In this document: positions 59,397 to 64,000 of the stretch, piece after piece
Layout of the letters: the number at the start of each line of letters is the position of its first letter
Numbering within the stretch: position 1 is the first letter of the stretch
Assembly (NCBI GenBank): GCA_036337435.1
Contig: JAYZEG010000010.1
Coordinates: forward strand, 25,171 to 89,170
Reading direction: 5' to 3'
Length of the DNA stretch: 64,000 nt
From: Myxococcota bacterium
Lineage (GTDB): Bacteria > Myxococcota_A > Bradymonadia > UBA7976 > UBA1532
The notes under the pieces: model-generated
The model's database searches: none
The model's input: only the letters and a program-made list of their open reading frames with translations
What the model was told of the DNA's origin: nothing
Translations under genes and position numbers: made by a program

Positions 59397-61121
59397 CTAA
59401 GGCTGAATGCGCTCAATCAAGGGTTGTTCCACAGTCAGGAGCATATCATTGGTTGGCGCACAACCCGCCGCACATCCTTGGATTTGCGCTCTGCACTCAT
59501 TGTATCGGTCCAATAACTGCTCGAGGTTTTGCCCAGGACCACCACCATTGCCCCCGCCACAGTCTTCCGGACAGGAACTGCGATGCCGCTCGAGGGCATC
59601 GCACAGACCATCTCCACACCAATCAAATCCATCCGGGCGATTTACACAATCTCTGGGGCAGAGCCTCGGATTATTTTGTTCCACGGGGTCGCAGACGCCA
59701 TCGCCACATGGATGTGGTCCTGGGTCCCGACCCCCGCCGGCATCTCCGTTCTCGTCTACGCCCGCCGCCATACAGGCAACCAGGTTCTGTTCGCACCGAA
59801 CACTGCATTGGTCCACGATTCCGAGACAACTGACCGTCCAGTCCATGTCCTGTAAAGCTTCGGAATGCCCCCGACCTACATCAGGAAAACTGAGCAGAGT
59901 TGCATGGTGTCCCTCACGGACCAGGCGCGTGTACATGGGTCGAGCCGTTGGGAAAAGAGAGTCGTCTTCATAAGCCATGACACAAACTCGACGCGCCGGG
60001 TCCGTCGAGACCGGATAAGCCGGGAAGTACTGACACTCATCACATGGTGCGACCCGTCTGCAATCTTGACCGTGTTCCAGAAAAGCAGACCGACGACAAG
60101 CACCCTCCATCTGTGGGAGTGGGTCGGTCTCCCCAGCTACAAAAAGACCTGACCCACCTTGCCATACGCCGGCAATTTCATCGGAAAAACAGATCCCAGC
60201 GTAGGCTGCAAACATAGAGTTCTGGCTAAATCCACCGGTGAACACCCGTGTCCTATCAACAATGCCCTGGTCTGCTAGGCGACCGATTGTGTCGAGAATG
60301 CCTCGCAGATACGGGATGTCTTTTGAGTCTTCATCAGCGCATGGTGTCGGATTTTGGTCGTTGCTGACACCGTCATTTCCAAAGGTCCAGTTGCCATCTG
60401 TCGACGACGCACACACAGCGACGAATCCATACCGATTGGCCGCGTCAATGAGTCCGCTTCGAGATGTGCACCCACCTTGAGCCAGTTGATTTCTGGCATA
60501 GCAATTCATCTTAATGTAGACCGGCATCGGCTCATTGCGATCTGGGGTATAAATCGTAAAGCAGCGCGACTGGCCGTCGACGGTCCATTGATAAGTTGTA
60601 AAACCAGCCTCGTTGCTGCAGGGGCATGCACCCATTTGTCCGCCCACACAGGCTTGCGGCCCATCGGGATCGGGTTGTTCAACAGGGCCACCGGCACCAC
60701 CAACGCCACCTGCACCACCGCCACCTGCGCCCCCTGCGCCACCAACGCCACCAACGCCACCGGCACCACCTGCGCCACCTGCACCACCAACGCCACCTGC
60801 GCCCCCTTCGGCTCCGGCACCACCTGCACCACCAACGCCACCTACGCCCCCGGCCGCTCCGGCACCACCAACGCCACCTGCGCCACCTCCGGCTCCGGCA
60901 CCACCAACACCACCCGCGCCTCCGGCACCGCCTTCAGCACCGGCACCACCAACGCCACCTTCGACTCCGGCCCCCCCGACACCACCGGCGCCAGAGGTCG
61001 AGTCGGCTTCCGTGCTTGCGTCTGCCTCACTATTGTTCCCACCTGAATCCGATTCAGAGCACGCAAAGAGAACGATGAGGACAAAACAACCAAGTAGTTG
61101 GTGAATCGAACGGTATGTCAT
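59397..61121 (-). CDS. secreted Gly/Ala-rich repeat protein with LpqC/PHB-depolymerase-like esterase domain and C-terminal Cys-rich repeats
   Basis: Signal plus lipobox LFACS. About 120 aa of (GAGGxGG)n. Esterase-like core ..RVFTGGFSQNSMFAAYAGICF.. lacks the second Gly of GxSxG. C-terminal CGDGVCDPVEQNNPRLCPRDC and CGDGLCDALERHRSSCPEDC. Confidence 0.7.
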   Translation of the reverse strand: MTYRSIHQLLGCFVLIVLFACSESDSGGNNSEADASTEADSTSGAGGVGGAGVEGGVGGAGAEGGAGGAGGVGGAGAGGGAGGVGGAGAAGGVGGVGGAGGAGAEGGAGGVGGAGGAGGAGGVGGVGGAGGAGGGGAGGVGGAGGPVEQPDPDGPQACVGGQMGACPCSNEAGFTTYQWTVDGQSRCFTIYTPDRNEPMPVYIKMNCYARNQLAQGGCTSRSGLIDAANRYGFVAVCASSTDGNWTFGNDGVSNDQNPTPCADEDSKDIPYLRGILDTIGRLADQGIVDRTRVFTGGFSQNSMFAAYAGICFSDEIAGVWQGGSGLFVAGETDPLPQMEGACRRSAFLEHGQDCRRVAPCDECQYFPAYPVSTDPARRVCVMAYEDDSLFPTARPMYTRLVREGHHATLLSFPDVGRGHSEALQDMDWTVSCLGIVDQCSVRCEQNLVACMAAGVDENGDAGGGRDPGPHPCGDGVCDPVEQNNPRLCPRDCVNRPDGFDWCGDGLCDALERHRSSCPEDCGGGNGGGPGQNLEQLLDRYNECRAQIQGCAAGCAPTNDMLLTVEQPLIERIQP

Positions 61122-61305
61122 GTGAACGCTCCTGCTGATTTATAGAATGAAGGCCCTGAAGAGACCGGAACGCAGGGGGTGAGTACCCAGGACGCACTCT
61201 GCAAAAAGCCGTGTATTGAAAGTGACGCGCTCTCACTCAGCACGCCAAATTGGATGGCGGGACCGACTTAGTCCCATCCATCGAATACAAAGGCACTCTC
61301 TTTAG

Positions 61306-63972
61306 TTAGTCATCGTCTTGACACAGTTGATTTAAACCGCTGTTTGGCGGAATACAAACAGACTCGACGCGGCCATCGGAGATATTACAGCAGATAAAGC
61401 CGTCCGGACAAGACAGGTCTCGGCAGGGCATTAAACAAATGTCACCAACAACACGGGCCAGGTTCGCGCAGGATTCACCGTTTTCGCCTTGAGCACAGTC
61501 ATCATTATCGTTGCAAAATGGAGCATTTCGCCGATTGCTAGGCCACGCACTGATCTCCCGTTCTGACCCAGCGAGAACTTCGATGCATTCGCCACGACTG
61601 CAGCGGAAGCCTTCATCACAATTGATTGCCTCACACAACCCTTCGTCCCGAGTGCGATCAATTTCTTCACAGACATCGATTGCATTTTCGTTTGGAATAC
61701 AGGCATCAATCGTTTGTCCGTCACGCTCAAAACCCTCGCGACAAAAGTACCCTGCCGGACACGCCCCTGCATCACAGTTGGGCGCGCAAAATCGACTCCC
61801 AAAGTTGTCGTTGTAGCGAACGCAAACATCACCCTCACTGCAATCGGACTCATCGTCGCACGCCCGACAATTGCCTTCGCTGCATTGACCTGTATCCGGC
61901 ATACAGAGTTCGCCAAAGTCGCAGTCTATATCAGCACAGAGGTCAACGCATTGGTTGTCACGACAAACCTCGGTTTCAGCGCAATCAGCACATGGTGCCG
62001 ACACGCACCCGTCACATTCACAGATGAGCTGACGGTTCTGAAAACCACATCGCGTGTCGTTGACTCGGTCGATGCGCTGGACGGAACAATCTTCCGGATT
62101 AAACTGAAAAACATCCCAAATGGGTCTGTTGACGATACCGCGGCCAAGTGCGTCCTCTGGCCCCATAGGCTTCGGTCCGAACAGCACGGGGTCATTGTCA
62201 CCACAAACAAATGAAACCGTGGCCGTTGCCTCACCTGAGAAAAGGAGAACACCCACTGTGTACAAACCAGCGTCTGGAGACGCCATGCGAAGGATTTCCT
62301 CTGATGCACCGGGCCCACCCCGCGCATCACGGTTGAGCCCAGGCGTGCACCAATCAGGTGATAGATTGCCCGGTGCGCAGTCCCATTGGGGGTCCGTATA
62401 GCCACTGGCCCGTGGATGCAATAGATGCAGATCCAAATCAATCTGCTCATCGGACCGCCATTGCAATGTAATGCGGACTCTGTCGGCCACCTCATCACAG
62501 GCATCGCCGACGCCGTCTTGGTCCGCATCCAGCTGATTTGCGTTAGCGATGTCTAAGCAATTGTCACAGACATCACCGACGCCGTCCTCGTCAACGTCAT
62601 CATCTTGGTTATTCTCGACGAAGGGGCAGTTGTCTTCATCGTTTGCAACGCCGTCACCATCAAAATCATCTGCCTCGCAGGCATCACCGATGCCATCTCC
62701 GTCGTCATCCGCTTGATTGAAATTAGCCTCAGCGGGGCAATTGTCGCACGCATCGCCACGGCCATCATCGTCGGTGTCGGTCTGCACTAAATTAAACCGG
62801 TCTGGACAATTATCATCGGCATCGGCAATGGTATCGCCGTCTCGATCAGCGATCTCACAAGCATCCCCCTGACCATCATTATCGGCATCGGCTTGATTGC
62901 CATTGGCTACCTCGGGACAATTGTCGCACCGATCACCAACGCCATCATCATCGGTGTCCTCTTGTCCTGGGTTTGCTCGATCAGGACAGTTGTCTATGCT
63001 GTCGAAAACGTCATCGTCGTCACTGTCTACACATGCATCACCGCGACCATCGCCATCAGCATCGGCCTGACCTGGGTTTTCGAGTCCAGGGCAATTATCG
63101 CATCGGTCACCGACTCCATCGCCGTCTTCATCACGCTGACTGTTATTGGCGACGAACGGACAGTTGTCTTCGGCATTGACAATGCCATCCATGTCCTCGT
63201 CTCCATCAGCATCAAGGTCACATGCATCTCCAGCACCATCGCCATCACTGTCCTCTTGGTCGGGATTGGCAACATCGGGACAATTATCGTCATCGTCTGC
63301 AATGCCGTCATCATCGCCATCGGTGATCATAGCTCCACCAACACCGCCTGCACCGCCTGCACCGCCTGCACCACCTCCAGCACCTGCACCGCCTGCACCG
63401 CCTTCAGCACCTGCGCCGCCTGCACCGCCTTCAGCACCTGCGCCGCCTGCACCGCCTTCAGCCCCTGCGCCGCCTGCGCCGCCTTCGGCACCTGCGCCGC
63501 CTCCACCACCTGCACCACCTGCACCACCTGCACCGCCTGTGCCGCCTGTGCCGATCTCTGAACACTCGGCGTTCCACCGACACGCGCCAGTCGAATCTTC
63601 GACGCACTCAACGGATGGCCCAGAGCCGTCTGGACAGCTCGCAAAGTCAGGCATTTCGCCACAGTCCTCGGGCTGGCAAGTAGACGCGGCACCATCCTGA
63701 TCGCCGCCCGAACCGGCTGCGCCGTCGATTTCAGAACCGATGGGGCCTCCATCGCCGGAGTCGCTGTCCGCACTATTGTCTTCGATGCACCCCACCATGG
63801 CCACGCTTAAAATGATTGTGAAAGCCAATGGTCCAAATCTTAAATACTTCACTGGTCTAAGCCTCCTGAGCGCTGGTATTGCTGTCTTCACGGCCACTTC
63901 GTATCCGTCCAAGCTATCCACCGCCAAATCTGAATGACTCGCAGAGCGACGCACCCGTGTCCCTCCATACAC
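61306..63972 (-). CDS. large secreted protein: Gly/Ala-rich repeats + about 12 thrombospondin type-3 repeats + Cys-rich C-terminal region
   Basis: (GAEGGAGGAGA)n tract, repeated DxDxDGxGDxCDNCP TSP3 motifs and many CxxC/CxDG pairs at the C-terminus. The exact start is uncertain; lipobox-like ..SVAMVGCIED. Confidence 0.75.
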   Translation of the reverse strand: MYGGTRVRRSASHSDLAVDSLDGYEVAVKTAIPALRRLRPVKYLRFGPLAFTIILSVAMVGCIEDNSADSDSGDGGPIGSEIDGAAGSGGDQDGAASTCQPEDCGEMPDFASCPDGSGPSVECVEDSTGACRWNAECSEIGTGGTGGAGGAGGAGGGGGAGAEGGAGGAGAEGGAGGAGAEGGAGGAGAEGGAGGAGAGGGAGGAGGAGGVGGAMITDGDDDGIADDDDNCPDVANPDQEDSDGDGAGDACDLDADGDEDMDGIVNAEDNCPFVANNSQRDEDGDGVGDRCDNCPGLENPGQADADGDGRGDACVDSDDDDVFDSIDNCPDRANPGQEDTDDDGVGDRCDNCPEVANGNQADADNDGQGDACEIADRDGDTIADADDNCPDRFNLVQTDTDDDGRGDACDNCPAEANFNQADDDGDGIGDACEADDFDGDGVANDEDNCPFVENNQDDDVDEDGVGDVCDNCLDIANANQLDADQDGVGDACDEVADRVRITLQWRSDEQIDLDLHLLHPRASGYTDPQWDCAPGNLSPDWCTPGLNRDARGGPGASEEILRMASPDAGLYTVGVLLFSGEATATVSFVCGDNDPVLFGPKPMGPEDALGRGIVNRPIWDVFQFNPEDCSVQRIDRVNDTRCGFQNRQLICECDGCVSAPCADCAETEVCRDNQCVDLCADIDCDFGELCMPDTGQCSEGNCRACDDESDCSEGDVCVRYNDNFGSRFCAPNCDAGACPAGYFCREGFERDGQTIDACIPNENAIDVCEEIDRTRDEGLCEAINCDEGFRCSRGECIEVLAGSEREISAWPSNRRNAPFCNDNDDCAQGENGESCANLARVVGDICLMPCRDLSCPDGFICCNISDGRVESVCIPPNSGLNQLCQDDD

Positions 63973-64000
63973 CGTGAGTCTACAGGATGAGTGCGGACCG

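Noticed and set aside
60613-61104. Pro/Ala-rich 'PAPPTPP' ORFs (also 63146-63700) on the plus strand
   Set aside because: They are reverse-complement readings of the (GGN)n Gly-rich repeat tracts of the minus-strand genes.
1-64000. tRNA, rRNA and IS/transposase genes
   Set aside because: Scanning the intergenic regions found no T-loop GTTCGAATC-like motifs with cloverleaf context, no rRNA-like conserved blocks, and no transposase- or integrase-like ORFs.

Overview
This 64-kb window is densely coding. The gene content points to a Myxococcota-like deltaproteobacterium, although that placement is an inference. The evidence is two secreted proteins ending in MYXO-CTERM-like tails (GC, then Ala/Ser-rich stretch, then hydrophobic helix, then Arg cluster), tandem Cys-rich CxDGxC repeats, several thrombospondin type-3 repeat proteins, an FHA-domain protein and a eukaryotic-like Ser/Thr kinase. 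Recognisable housekeeping and transport genes are ferrochelatase (hemH), polyphosphate glucokinase (ppgK), tRNA 2-thiocytidine synthase (ttcA), aquaporin Z (aqpZ), a CNT/NupC nucleoside transporter, an SSS symporter, an OPT oligopeptide transporter, a CaCA Na+/Ca2+ exchanger, an EamA/DMT transporter, a Tat-exported PhoD phosphatase, an Old Yellow Enzyme oxidoreductase, an M16 peptidase pair, and M14 and M15 peptidases. There is also a divergently arranged pair of a receiver-CheX fusion and a hybrid histidine kinase. No rRNA, tRNA, CRISPR array or IS element was recognised. The most unusual loci are listed next. (1) At 44.7-49.9 kb, two divergently arranged copies of a small secreted partner protein plus a di-haem cytochrome c peroxidase of the MauG/MbnH type, one partner being MbnP-like; a translationally coupled Cys-rich mini-lipoprotein and a secreted protein with a predicted N-terminal His and MYXO-CTERM tail lie alongside, and together these may form a candidate periplasmic copper/oxidative-modification module. 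(2) Three tandem about 60-nt hairpin elements with C-rich loops at 29.48-29.77 kb, with compensatory base changes that preserve the stem. (3) A leader at 20.34-20.45 kb with mutually exclusive hairpins, the second a terminator with a T9 tail, upstream of a frameshifted Prx5 peroxiredoxin. (4) An alkyltransferase-like protein carrying PWHR in place of the PCHR active site. (5) A 722-aa lipoprotein with an internal, C-terminal type IV pilin-like domain. (6) Direct about 105-bp repeats flanking a Cys-rich lipoprotein gene. The supplied ORF track labels GTG and TTG starts as M, so several starts were re-placed on internal ATGs that precede signal peptides.
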